The notes: generated from the letters alone by a model not told the origin. A stretch of 63,935 nucleotides of DNA, filler included, from Hausera hauseri (GCA_046269625.1; 12 parts of 12 records of this genome joined end to end with filler, not necessarily neighbours in it), one strand, 5' to 3'. Counted from the whole stretch's first letter, positions 1 through 12,540 are shown. Numbers and translations: made by a program.

Positions 1-863
1 CTATAAATATTTTACATTTTCCTTTGTTTAAATATATTATTTAAATGAACTAAATGGACTCAGCTAAACGAAACTAATTGAAGGGTGTATGGTCATGTCT
101 GGTACATTAGTCGTTCTAAACGCTAAATACTACTCATATCTGCAGTATGTAGCCTTCTTGACCAACAGCAGTCTGCTGCGTGACCAGTGGAATAAAATTT
201 CTTTTCAAAATATTTTCAAAGTCCAAACGGCTCAAAGCAAAAAACTTTGTTTTAATTTTTTATCGAAAATTTTTCTGAGTACAATTTATCGTGTCCACCA
301 AACTTTAAACATATTCCTAAATCTAACCCTTAATCTGACTACAATAAATATAAGTATATCGTTTTGGTTTCTCAATTTATTCTATATTGCAAATTTGATT
401 TTTTTGCAAATTAGATTTAGTAATTTGGTGAGAATTGGGTGGACACCATGATGAGCAGCAAATTTGGTTTTTTTATAGTTTGGAGGAATTTTGTAAAAGC
501 TAATTATTGGAAGTTGATGCTCGATGTGTATTGGTTCAAAGAATGTTCTCGACAAGACTGTCGAATCTCCATGTTTGGTCCATTTAATTTTTTTCTGACC
601 TTCACAATTTTGTAACAGTAGTTATAGTTCCATTAAACGTCATAATTGTTCATTAACTGATGCTTCTATTTCCTATTTTCCTAAATCAACATTTTCAATC
701 TGGAATTAAATATTTTCATTGGTCGCCTTTTTTGCTGAATGTTTAGCGACACTTATTAACTATATTATATAGTATGTTTTATTATAAGAATATTAGAATC
801 CTCGATAAATTTCCGTGAATTATTGTCCATATTCTTACAAAATATTCCTTAATTATATATTGT

Positions 864-1714
864 GAATTATAGTAAATCCACTAAAATTTGAGACTTTAAT
901 TTTTTTGATAAAAATTATAATTCCGTTGCTATGAAGTTATAGTATAAAATTTACATTAGAGACAAATATTTTTTAACTTAGTTTATATATCTCTTAAAGC
1001 ATGACAAATGCACAGCATAATTTTCCAAGTAATTATGTGAACATAATATCTATGGACTAATGGTACTTATTAGCTCATTATAATTCTTCAATAGTATCAC
1101 ATGGTAACTTTATGTAATTGTTGTGATATTTATAATTACTATGCATCAATAAAAACTGATAATGAAATATATAGGCATAATTAATTTTTTGAGTATCTGA
1201 TAAAATTTGCAAATTCTCAGTTACTAAGTATAATATATAAGGGTATTTAATAATTAAATCAATGTTACCGCATTACTTATAGAAATATAATGAAAAAAGG
1301 AAGTCCACTTACTTTTTTTGCATTTCCTTCTTCATCATTCAGTGATTTGTAAATATGAATAAATGTTTGTCATTTATCAACTATATAGGGAAATTACTTT
1401 GGTGACTTGTCTAAATAATAATCAATTATTTTATAGGGGTACGCCCTTCAACTGAAATTGTATTTCACTATTGAATAAATTACCATGTTTGAACTATTAC
1501 GCGTATATCTTTTCTTTTGTTAAAGAACAACTAATACAAGGAAATCAGTTTAGCAATAATAACGTTGCTATGTGAAAAAATGACTATATTAATTTAAGAC
1601 CTAAAATTATATTCGTTTCTAATGTAAATTATATGTTATTACTCCATAGCAACGGAATTACAATTTTTATCACAAAAATTAAAGTCTCAAATTTTAGTGG
1701 ATTTACTATAATTC
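864..1714. mobile_element. MITE-like element with ~110-bp imperfect terminal inverted repeats
   Basis: 864-~975 (GAATTATAGTAAATCCACTAAAATTTGAGACTTTAATTTTT...) is the reverse complement of ~1603-1714; the interior is non-coding and AT-rich. Confidence 0.8.
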
Positions 1715-1780
1715 CGAATAACCCAAAACAAAAATTCAATGTAGTTAAAACAAAAATCTTTATTACGCAACATTTGAAAA

Positions 1781-3700
1781 TCATTCAATCAGGTCTTTGA
1801 TTTTGTCAAATGATGCCCGTAATTCCGTGAAATACTCTTTCTTATACAAACCGCCCAATGCATGAATCATGCTAACTCTAAAGTTCTCATGGAAAAACTG
1901 AATGAAATTTGCATTTATCTGCAAATCAGTCTGTAATTGCTGGCATAAGAAATGTACTTCTTTGATACCGGATTTCAATGTTCTTAGCGTACGTCTAACG
2001 CACTTGATTGCTTGTGTTCTCTTGATATTCGTTCTGGATCGATTGGTATTCAACATTTCTTGAATGCACCGTATATTATATTCTATTTTCCTGCGAAATT
2101 CACGAAGAAAATATTTCAGTCTGCACGAAAACTCAGCGAATTGTGGTAAGTAATCAGGGAACAAATAATGCGCTACTTCGAGTTCACTAAAACTTTGAAA
2201 ATTCAGAGTTAAACGTGAAAATATATAGTATAATTCTCGAATTTTTGAAAACTCTTCACTTAATTCTTTGAAAGTATCATAAAGGACTTTGTGTGAAAAT
2301 GTTTCATCCGTTTGCACGATTTCTGTGATTTTGGAAAATTTTGGGTTAACAAAGTCCTTTAATTGGATCGTTAAATTTGAATACGAATCAACAATCGTAG
2401 AGATTTTTTCCAAAATAATTTTTTCTATTTCATTTCGGAATTCATCTGTACTGATTGCTGAAGAAATTTGTAGACCAGTTGAGTCATCATTTGTCAAACA
2501 TTCTTTGATTGGACAAATGTATAGTAACGTCTTATTAATGTTGCACTCGGTGCAAAGGAAATGAATTCCACATGATAATTTAGTGGTATAATCTACTCCA
2601 CGTTTACAAACTATACATTTTTGACAGTTACTCGAGTAAAACTCGTTATAGATTATTCTCAATTCTGGGTATGCTAAAATATATCGTAATTGCCCTTGTA
2701 GTCTCTTTTGTAACCGTTTCAATCTACCCAAGAGTTCACTGATTTCTACATTGTTATTCTCCTTGATATTACAGTTTTCACTCCTATATGTTCCTTCAAT
2801 AGAATCTTTTGCACTCACATAGTATACATAATCATCTTCCTCAATATCACTTTCACTTGAATACGATTCAACATCAGAATCAACAAATTGATTATATTTT
2901 TCTTCATCTATCTTGTAAGGACATTTTATGTACTCTTCAGTAAAATACAAATCATCGTCTGAATTCGACGTATCTTCTTCGTTTTTTAATATTTTCTCAA
3001 CATTGTGAGATTTTTGTTCCAATTTTTGAACAATCTCATTAGCATCACATTGACAATACCACAATGCATTAAATATGTCCCTTAATATACCAACTATATA
3101 ATCTAACCTTTTCATTTTCATTAACGTATCTCGGTCAGTTTCTTTGTCTATGCAGCATTCCGTGAAATTCCATAAGGCAAATTCAAAATTGGTATAAAAT
3201 TTTCTTGTTAAGATCCTAGCTCTATATTGAGTCGTTTCAGGAATCTCACATTTTATCTTTGATAATTCACGTATTGTGTTTTCCATGTCTTTGTTTATAT
3301 GCGTCACATCCATTGTGCTCTTAAATCCGTCAATAACAATGTGTTCTTTTATACTATCGAATTGTTGACTTAGTTTGTTCACAATTCTAATATATGGAAC
3401 TGTTTTCTCCATATTCCTCACAATGTAGGGTATCAATTTGGACATTATCTGAATTGACGATTCTATCACCAATCTATACAGAAACGTAGAAGGCGCGAGA
3501 GATTGTTCCTTTGATCCATCAGACAAATAAATGTCAACTGTATCAATTATTATCCTGTCTAGAGGACACGAAGAGTTCTCAGTTAAAATCGACGAAGTAC
3601 AATTGAAACAGAAAGCATGCCCACATTCAGGAAATTGTACGATTTTCCCTAACGATAACGATGAGTAGCAAATCTGACAGTCATCATTCGGATTTATCAT
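1781..3700 (-). CDS. Intronless 639-aa protein with two RING fingers (putative E3 ubiquitin ligase)
   Basis: N-terminal CQIC..CGHAFCFNC..CPLDR and internal CIVC..CGIHFLCTEC..CPIKEC, separated by an acidic linker; AATAAA (1759-1764, minus) just after the stop. Confidence 0.85.
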   Translation of the reverse strand: MINPNDDCQICYSSLSLGKIVQFPECGHAFCFNCTSSILTENSSCPLDRIIIDTVDIYLSDGSKEQSLAPSTFLYRLVIESSIQIMSKLIPYIVRNMEKTVPYIRIVNKLSQQFDSIKEHIVIDGFKSTMDVTHINKDMENTIRELSKIKCEIPETTQYRARILTRKFYTNFEFALWNFTECCIDKETDRDTLMKMKRLDYIVGILRDIFNALWYCQCDANEIVQKLEQKSHNVEKILKNEEDTSNSDDDLYFTEEYIKCPYKIDEEKYNQFVDSDVESYSSESDIEEDDYVYYVSAKDSIEGTYRSENCNIKENNNVEISELLGRLKRLQKRLQGQLRYILAYPELRIIYNEFYSSNCQKCIVCKRGVDYTTKLSCGIHFLCTECNINKTLLYICPIKECLTNDDSTGLQISSAISTDEFRNEIEKIILEKISTIVDSYSNLTIQLKDFVNPKFSKITEIVQTDETFSHKVLYDTFKELSEEFSKIRELYYIFSRLTLNFQSFSELEVAHYLFPDYLPQFAEFSCRLKYFLREFRRKIEYNIRCIQEMLNTNRSRTNIKRTQAIKCVRRTLRTLKSGIKEVHFLCQQLQTDLQINANFIQFFHENFRVSMIHALGGLYKKEYFTELRASFDKIKDLIE

Positions 3701-5067
3701 TTTTGATTTGAGTGTTTCTGTTCACCAATTATAAACAAACAAATAAAAAATAACAGCATTACGGTAGTTTTATGCGGAAATTTTATTAAAATCGATGAAA
3801 TGTTTACACGACAAATAAAATGCATCTTTATGCAAGATTGTAAAACATTAAAACGTAATAATACGACATGGGCTCAACACATTTCTATGTAATACGGTTC
3901 GTGCCGTTTATTGGCTGAATTGCAATGTTCAAGTTTTCTCGAATCAACAGAAATCTATTTTGAGTAGGTGACGTCATTATTGACATCATTTTTGATTAAA
4001 CTCATTTCCTAAAATTAAATACGAAATCTTGATGATATCATCTGCATGCAAAAATATTTTCATTTCTGGAAATTAGTGAATACAATAATAGTTCCTTTGT
4101 AAGGTTATCCAGAATGTACTTTTATCCAGTCTACTGACTCTTTACAATTTTGTCAGTAATATGTATTATTAATACGTATTAGACAAGACGTATTAGTCAT
4201 ATGACATACATCGGAACACATTGCAACTTGAACACTTTCATTTATCTAATTTTACAATTACATTAAACTTGCGTGTACACGTACATATGCTTCTGATTAT
4301 TCGATTTTGCTGAAAGTAACGTGCAAAAAACAACTCATACAATAAAGACACGGGCATTTATTCATGACATTAGTCAATTCATACTTGTTAATTAAGGTTG
4401 TGTTGTGTCTGACTGTGTCTGACATTAACTGCACTCTTGAAATCTAAATTTGGATCACCGGGTTTCATGTAGATATTTTCTCTGCCCTGTTTTGATACCA
4501 AATTTAGGTTCTCGCTTGATATAAATTCCGATGCTGATTTTGGTAAGAACACAATATTTTAACAACAATATTTTGACAACATTTTAACAACATTTTGAAG
4601 TTGATTTCATTTCAGTTTGAATTGAATTGAATATTTGAATTAATGCAATTGATATTTTGAGTAGTGAGTTTATATTTATTATTATTGAACCCAAATATAT
4701 TTTACTTATTTTCTGTTCGTTATTTGTTTATAATTAAAGTTTTGATCCTAGACTAACAGATAGTCTAAGGAAATTAATCATTTTCCGATTATTCTGCAAT
4801 CACTACTAATATTATAACATACAATTAAATTGATAAAGTTAATATCACAAATCTTATTCAAGTATTTTCCTTCTATAAACCTTAAGAAATACGCTGAATA
4901 CATTGCAATTACTTTTTCATATATTAAATTTTGTATTGAAGAAAGATTAGACTTCTATTTCTCCAGAGAAGCAATAAGACGTGAACAAATTAATCATTTA
5001 AACAAAAAGTGTAACCCTCACAAAGTTTTGTGAAAGCTATTAAGATAGCAAAACACAAAACAAGATT

Positions 5068-5080
5068 TAGCGCCCGAACA
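5068..5080 (+). promoter_or_regulatory. Probable tRNA-Lys primer binding site of an LTR retrotransposon
   Basis: TAGCGCCCGAACA vs canonical TGGCGCCCGAACA (1 mismatch), ~500 nt upstream of a gag-like start. Confidence 0.5.
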
Positions 5081-5578
5081 TAAATCTTTATGTTTCAGCG
5101 TATCTTGCGTTTTTTCAAAAACGATTTAAATCCTTCTGTTTTTTGTGCTAAAGGTAACGGTTCTCATATATATTTTTCTAATTACTCAGCTTTTACACCC
5201 TTTATTGATTCGTATTCGGACGCAGGCAGTGTTATTCTTATCAAAAAAGTTGTCATTATTGAGCGTAGTTCTACTCACGATTAAATTCTCACTAACTTTT
5301 TAAGGGTTGGAGAAAAGAGAGGAAAGAGTTAACAAATACACAAAGTAAACACTAAAATAATTTTTTTGCCAAGTTTAGATCTTTGACTCTGACAGTCAAG
5401 TGATCGTACAAAAAAATACTACATTTAAGTAATAATTAACAAAATCTACAAAGGGTTTACATACTTAGTAAAGTAACCAGAGCCAACCATTCATCGAAAT
5501 CTTAGAAGTAAAAGTTTAGTCAGACTTGACGATAAATTGCCTATAGTTCTTGTAGAAAAACTTGAAATTAATAAAAAT

Positions 5579-5732
5579 ATGGCTGAAAGAAATAAAGATG
5601 CCAATAATTTAAATGTGTATGATTTCCGAAACTTTAAAATTGATGTAGAAAAATTTAATGGACAACCAAATAAGTTGTCACCATTTTTAAAAGCATACAA
5701 ATCACAGAGCACTGCTCTAGAAGTAAGTGAAA
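5579..5732 (+). CDS. Gag-like N-terminus, truncated by contig end
   Basis: MAERNK...IDVEKFNGQPNKLSPFLKAY resembles the F.G.P..L..FL capsid motif; lies downstream of the PBS-like site. Confidence 0.5.
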
Positions 5733-5832
5733 NNNNNNNNNNNNNNNNNNNNNNNNNNNNNNNNNNNNNNNNNNNNTTAATTAATTAANNNNNNNNNNNN
5801 NNNNNNNNNNNNNNNNNNNNNNNNNNNNNNNN
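5733..5832. other. Artificial contig spacer
   Basis: 44 N + TTAATTAATTAA + 44 N. Confidence 0.98.
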
Positions 5833-8096
5833 ATTCATCAGATTTATAATTTTTGTTCTGCTGATGGTAAGGTTGCTCTTGAGAGATTAGTTAAGAATAT
5901 TATTATTTCAGATCTGGAGGAGAATTTCAGAGTTGAGAACGTAGAAGTAGGAGAGTTATAGTTCAGGAGAAATTTGCGTAGAAAATTTAAAGCACTGTTT
6001 GTCAGTTTGGTGTTATCGAAGTTGACGTTATAGTTGACTCGTGCGCTATGACCTTTGTAAAAGAAGTGTCTTAAGCCTCGGGCGGTGGGACCATATTGTT
6101 CGAATCGAGTGTCACGAGTTGAAAGGGCATTTTGAGGGGTCGGGTGAAAGGAAGACTATTCATAGGTTTTATTTTGTTCTGGTCCAGTGTAACGATCATG
6201 GTTGCAATGATGGCATGTGGGGTTGGTTGGTTAGATTCTTCATGTATTCGGTATGTTGATATACTTTTAGTGGGAATTGTTGTGGGTTTAGGTTGTAGTT
6301 ATGTAGTAGAAAATCCATATGGGGAGTGGGAGAGGGGAGGGAAGTACAAGACAGTTTTTCTAGGAATATTAATATTTTAGCTCTAGTGGTGAAGTGGATC
6401 GGTGTATAAGATGAAGTTGATTTGTATCTTCGTAGGAAATCGTCGAGGAAGGAAGTAGCTTGTGTTTTAAGCTTGTTACCTTTGAAGGTTACTGAGTGAC
6501 TGATATTGGGGTTCCGATTTTTGGCGAAAAAGATTTTCAGAGATCTTACAATAAGTATGAACTGTTCAAGGACTGGATTGTGGGTAGTAAGAGCATTTGG
6601 TAGAGGCCAAGTAAAATATGCAAGCTGAGTTTCTTCAATGTTAAGTTCCATTGCTTTGTTGTTGAGTTTAGAGGTGTGACGTTTTGTTGTGCTGTCGGAG
6701 ATATTTGGAATTGTAGGGTTTTCAGATAAAATTTCATAGACATTCATCCAGTTGTATAAATGGGTGAAGTTGGTAGGGTTCCGTTGAACAATGTATTCTT
6801 GAGTGGCTTTAAGGAAGTTAAATATAGTGTGTTGAGTGTCGAAGCGGAAGTTGAGGTTAGGTGCATCATTACTAAAGGAAGAAAGTTTCGCTTGAATTGT
6901 GAAGATAGGGGATGTAAATTTTTTCCAGAAGGTTGGTGGGAGTTGATTAGTGGAAAATGCTATGTAGTAGGTAGGTTTTTGAAGAGCAGTCTTTGGAGGT
7001 CGGCAAGGAGGATAGAAGCATAATGAGGTAATTTATGTGTTAAGTCGTAGAAGTATTCATTAATATAATCATCCATTATATAATTTGTTAGTTGTTTCTG
7101 TGCTGGGAGGTTTGAATCTTGGATAAGGGCATATGATTTCGGGAACGGCAATTGTTGTGCAGAAATTCCAGAGTCGATTGGATAAAGATGAGACTGCTTA
7201 GGATTTTAGAAGGCAGAAATCTTTGGTTGTAGAAATCATGAAGAGTTTGTATACATGGTTTGTGGCAGAATGTAGATACAAATCGTGCAACCTTATGTGT
7301 TGGAGTAATTGGCAGAGGGTCACACGCGAGTATAAAGAAGGCTTTTAGGATATGTATGTTGTCAATTGGGGCAGATTTGGTTGTTGAGTAAGTGGTAAGG
7401 GATGTTAGATGGCTAAGGATTTGGTTGTCATAGTGTGACAGTGTGGTCCCTTCGTCTTTGTTAAGGCTATCTAAGGGAAAGAGAATCCAATTGCAGTAGT
7501 TGTTTTTAAAGAAAAGAAGAAGGTCTGTTTCCATGCTTATAAGAATAGCGAGGTATTTTGGGGTTTTCAGACATCGGAAACGCAGAAGTGCTACTTTTAT
7601 GTAGTTTGCTGTTGTTGTTTGAAGTAGTAAGGTTAGAGGCAGGAGTGAATTTTATAAATTTTACTTTAGGAGTAGAGGCAAGAAGCACCTTATCTGCCCG
7701 GGTGTTAGCAGCCATGTCTGACCCATTATGAGCCACGGCGAGTGTTGCAGGATCAGTCTGAGCCGCCTTATCAGAAAGTTTAATTTGGGATGTTTGGGTT
7801 TGTTGGTGTCTCTTTTTGGGAGAAGTGGATGATGAAGTCGGTTTATAAGGTCTTCGGAGACTTTCCTTTGGTGGGATAGGAGGTGATTGTTGCAAAGTCT
7901 GTAGTCTATTGTTGTGGGGTGGTAGAGGGAGTAGGAGAGGTGGAGCAAAGTTTTGACATTGTGGGGGGAGTGGCCAGAAATAAGGAGGAGAAAGGAGACG
8001 CGCATCATACAGAGTGTAGCCAGGACTAGAGGGTACTAGAAGACATCCTCCGCCATAGAGTGGTCTATTCCCCACTTTCGGATTCGCATTTCCCAA
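5833..8096 (-). pseudogene. Decayed long ORF of unknown family, probably mobile-element derived
   Basis: Chain of same-strand ORF fragments (7506-8096, 7088-7534, 6960-7151, 6196-6747) with C/A strand bias; no motif recognised. Confidence 0.4.
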
Positions 8097-8117
8097 GCCT
8101 ATATTCCTAGCTACGGA

Positions 8118-8279
8118 TTTTATAAGAGCCAGCTCGGTCTCAAGACTGCCAGGAAAACAAAAATATTAAAATTGATCCAGCTCGAGCCGTTTACCCGGGC
8201 CACAGGAGAGAACTACTGTGGACCCCGAATCGCCAGGAAAATTAGGAACCAGCTCGAATTCATCGAATTCGCCAGGAAA
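8118..8279 (-). promoter_or_regulatory. Repeated-motif cluster with TATA-like box upstream of the decayed ORF
   Basis: CCAGCTCG at 8129, 8177, 8249; GCCAGGAAA at 8148, 8232, 8271; TATAAAA on minus at 8124-8118. Confidence 0.35.
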
Positions 8280-9364
8280 GGAAAAAATATTCTTACAATA
8301 ATAAAATTTACCATGCATTGTGGGCGAATTTAATCTAGCCACACAGTGCACGACATCCTGGTCATCATCATTCACTGTCTCCTTCTTCGAGGCGCTGCCA
8401 TCAATCCGCAGCATTTGCGAAGAACACCGACAGTCCGCATGAGCTATGTGCCATCCGAACGAGTCATCACCAGGAAGGTCATCTGACTGCATTTCTACCT
8501 TCACTGTGCCCTCCTGACTGACCCACCAGGATCGAGAACAGGTGCAGCATCAGTGCCACCGCCATTCTGAATGAAGGAATCGCAGTTTACAGTGGATAGG
8601 TCTCGATTCAGGTACCCTCTGGACTGGGCAGTAGAAACATGTGAAACCGAAGTTTCAACCATCTCAGGCTGATATCGGTTAAGTACGCGGCATTATTCAT
8701 CATTCCAGTATTATTCTCGACATCATCGTCGGCTAGCTCAGCAAGCAATACAACACTGTGCGACTGTGGAAACTGCTCATGTCCGGAGTATCCCTGAGGG
8801 AGACCTAAAATATAATAACAATAGCTCGAAAAAACAAAACAAACCGCACGGCCTAGCGGACTGTGCAAAACAGGAGCAACATCTGGATCGTAGGACTTTT
8901 GATTTGTAGACTCAGCCATAGAACATGTGAGGAGGAATTGAAACGGATATTATAGCTTAAATTTAATTCAAAGGTAATTCAGTAAACAGCCAACAGAAAG
9001 TCAAGAAATTTAAAAAAGAAGAAAAATAAGACTCATGTACGGAGTGAAGGAGATAAATGTTATATAAACTTTTATAATAAATATATTATGGATAAATTAA
9101 TCTTAAAATCACCAAGTGATGTTGATGTCTGGATGGTAGAGACGCGATCTACTCGCAATTCCGAAAAAGCATTACATGCATCCATAGTGAACACGGTTCA
9201 CATTTTGCATATAAAAAGTGTTTGGCGTTGTGTCAAAGTTACATTTCTATAAAATAAGTGTTTTGAAATACTTGTTTTTATATAAAAACAAAGGACTTGT
9301 ATAAAACATGTATTAATATAACAATAGCAACATTAGTACAACAGGAACAACATAAATACATCAA

Positions 9365-9640
9365 TTACGTAATTGTAACGTCACTATCTGTATCATCACT
9401 ATCTTCCCAAATGTCATCCACGTATCTTGTTATCCTCCCTATCAATGCATAGTAAAGCATCTAAATATTTCCATCCTGGACAACGACATAACCATATTTC
9501 GTCCTGCATATTTGACAATTCTTCTTGCGTCGTAGCCATGACCTGAGGCAGCTTACAAAAAATTTGTGGTTCTCACATGTCGCCAATCGAATATTCTTTC
9601 CACTTATCTCCTCCATGAAAATTCCACAGGTTTTGTCCAT
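9365..9640 (-). pseudogene. Small RING-finger gene downstream of pPolB, degenerate
   Basis: MDKTCGIF..CENHKFFVSCLRSWLRRKKNCQICR; one in-frame TAG (9461-9463), then an acidic tail WEDSDDTDSD. Confidence 0.7.
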
Positions 9641-9789
9641 ACTGATTTTAAAATAATAATAGAGTAACACAAATATTGGTTTTTAATTAAAATTTGAATT
9701 TGTCGATTTTCTCATATATTTTACATTACTGAAAACCCGAAACATTGATTCAAAACATTTACTAAACATGTACAAAACAATAACATCAT

Positions 9790-12363
9790 AAAAGCGAAAC
9801 ATGTCCATCACAATGCCATCACCTAATATATGCCTTTTGCCATCAAACCAATCCAGACTCCTTTTGCGCAGCGTTACAGTTGGGATTTCATGTTCGTGAG
9901 ATTGGATCCTTTTCCTCTCTGATATCATGTGTTTGATTCCAAAAAACTGTCACAGTTTGAAAAGATGACCTTTGTGGTTAATGCGGCTTTTTGCACTACT
10001 TTTGACCTCTTTTTCACTTTGCCACTAAAGTTGATCGCATATATTTTTGATCGAAGGGCCACGAATCGGGATATGATTTTCCAATTTACCTTATCTTTGA
10101 ACTTCCAGAGGACCTTCTTATTTGTTATAGAATAATTTCTGTGATCTTTCGGGTAATCTGATGTATCCATATGCTAAGCCAATTTTGCAAATTCAGCAAA
10201 TATGTCATGAGTATGCATCTTATATATGAAGGAATTAGTATCCATATGCATTGGCTGCAACTCCTTGAATGTTGGGACCATGATGTTGTAATGAAACTCA
10301 TACATCATGGTCTTCGATAGGTCCAATATTGACATGCCGACAAATTGGTTTTGTGAAATCCAAAGATGTTTTCATCATATGAATACTGACCAAATTTTGG
10401 CGGTTTATTGTGCTGCCCTGGAAGTTCGGCTTCGCTATAAGCTTTTTTGCTCTCTTCTAATCACACACTAACTCAGTATTTATCCGGTTCTGGATATTGT
10501 TTATGGTTTTGCCAAAAACACTGTTGCTGTACAACTTGAACTCATCTTTTTCCAAGTCGTATTGAGAATTGGCCCTCAACTGTGTGTTGACGTTAATATA
10601 TGGTTGCAGCCACATGGATTGACTGAACCGTAAGTCCCGATGGACCTTGGTGATTCGGAGTACATCTTTATAACCTCCTGCAGATTTATGTAATAAGCTA
10701 CATATCGTTCCGATTCTCCAAATGACACATAAACTTTTTGAATTTCCCATTCGGTGGCTTTTTTCTTCTTTCAGGAAGAAAAGAAGCTGTTCATGCCTTG
10801 TGTGGAATGAATGTTGATATTCCACATTCATTTCAAATATGTAGCCCGTTTCTCCATTGGGATCCAAATCTTGTATTGCAATGTCTTCAGAGTTATCGAC
10901 CAATTTAAAGTTGTCATACGGCAAAGGGATGCTCATTGCCTATTCATACAAGTTGTTAACATCCAAGTATGTTATATAAGTGTATGGCTTGAATGACATA
11001 TAATCGGCCATATGCATATTGTTGGCCTCACTATATCAGTGAATGACCTGGCAGATCCACCCAGAATGCCTTTTTCAATCATCAGGATCATATTTTAATC
11101 CTTCAAGATCTGGAGCCTAACTGTATTCATAGCGTAGCTGACCAACTCATTCCTGGAGCGGTGAAAAAATGAGCTGGATCCAACTTATGGCTATGAAACG
11201 TCACTTACCTGAAGCTCTCGAATAAATCTATTAGCAGCAACATGTCCGTTTTGAGATATATGTCACTATATTCTCCGATTGTTTTACATCGGAATGCATG
11301 TCAGACATTTTGTGCACGCTGATAATCAACACCACTAATATCCGTGTTTGACAGCTGACTATAAAAGTCTTTTTGGATGGTAATAATGTTTCATCCAGTG
11401 ACCCCATGATGTTATATAATCATAGGGGAAAACTCCTTTATTTTTAGCTAAGTCAAATGTAGCTGGAAGGAATATTTTAGTTTCCTTTAGTTCATCTGAT
11501 GGAAGATTCTTGACGAGGCTATTAAGTGATAAAACGAAACTGTTCATGAATCGGAGTCAAATTTTCCATACATGTTTTGTAAATGTGTCAAATTTCTCTG
11601 CACTATTTTGGATCATATCAATATTCCTCTTGATGTTTCCACGTTCTCTGACTATGAAGTGGGAATCATAGCTACTCAGATTGTGGAAGATTACTGGCAC
11701 AAATATAACAGTTCTGCAGAATAAATTGCATAAATTGCATGCTGCGCCTCTATACTTTTCTGTTACATGGCAATAATCACGCACCTTGTGGTTGTCCACT
11801 GTGAATGGTTTTCCACCCATGTATCATGTTGTTTCACTTCTCCATTCTAATTGTTCTTTTGGTGAAGTCGAAAGGTCGCATGTTTTAAATACAATGTGCC
11901 AAATCTTCCAAGCGATGCATAAAATGAAGTACTTCATCTTGACCTCTGAATAAATATGGCTCTTTGTCCATTTCCTTCGCATACATACAAAATGATGAAA
12001 CTTCATGATGTTGGTATGCTGTCCTATTACTTTGTTGCAGATTTGGGTTGTAACTCTGAACTGGACAAAGGATAGCTTTAAAGTCGCAATATACTTTAAT
12101 TGGCACTTTATGCATTTTCTTATACTCGTTGAATTCAATGTAATCTTCTTTGGGGAATTCTGTTCTAATCCAATGATTGCTGTTACAATACATTTTGTGT
12201 TCTTTCAGCTTCTCCACAGCTAAATCGCCACTGAAATTGGATAAGCAACGCTTTTAGATCTCAATTCTGGTCTTGTGTTTTGTTACTTGGGATCTTACCA
12301 GACGTTCAAAGTTCTTGATCAAAATGAAATGCCTCTTTTCACCATCATATAACAGGAGTAGAT
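9790..12363 (-). pseudogene. Polinton/adintovirus-type protein-primed DNA polymerase B, decayed
   Basis: EndoVII-like DYCHVTEKYRGAACNLCN, KGVFPYDY, YLDVNNLY, KLYSNSVFGKT, MDTNS, GKR C-terminus; many stops and frameshifts. Confidence 0.92.
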
Positions 12364-12463
12364 NNNNNNNNNNNNNNNNNNNNNNNNNNNNNNNNNNNNN
12401 NNNNNNNTTAATTAATTAANNNNNNNNNNNNNNNNNNNNNNNNNNNNNNNNNNNNNNNNNNNN
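12364..12463. other. Artificial contig spacer
   Basis: 44 N + TTAATTAATTAA + 44 N. Confidence 0.98.
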
Positions 12464-12534
<71 letters not shown>

Positions 12535-12540
12535 GAGAGA
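12464..12540. repeat. (AG)n microsatellite
   Basis: Near-perfect AG dinucleotide run at contig start. Confidence 0.97.

Noticed and set aside
89-451. 120-aa hydrophobic ORF
   Set aside because: Composition explained by AT-rich DNA; no motif
5777-5788. Recurrent palindrome TTAATTAATTAA every ~5 kb as a biological repeat or CRISPR-like array
   Set aside because: Always centred in N runs; it is a six-frame stop linker added during assembly
8166-8919. Two minus-strand ORFs (112 and 103 aa) downstream of the Polinton RING
   Set aside because: Possibly Polinton accessory remnants, but there is no recognisable motif and no homologous copy in the window
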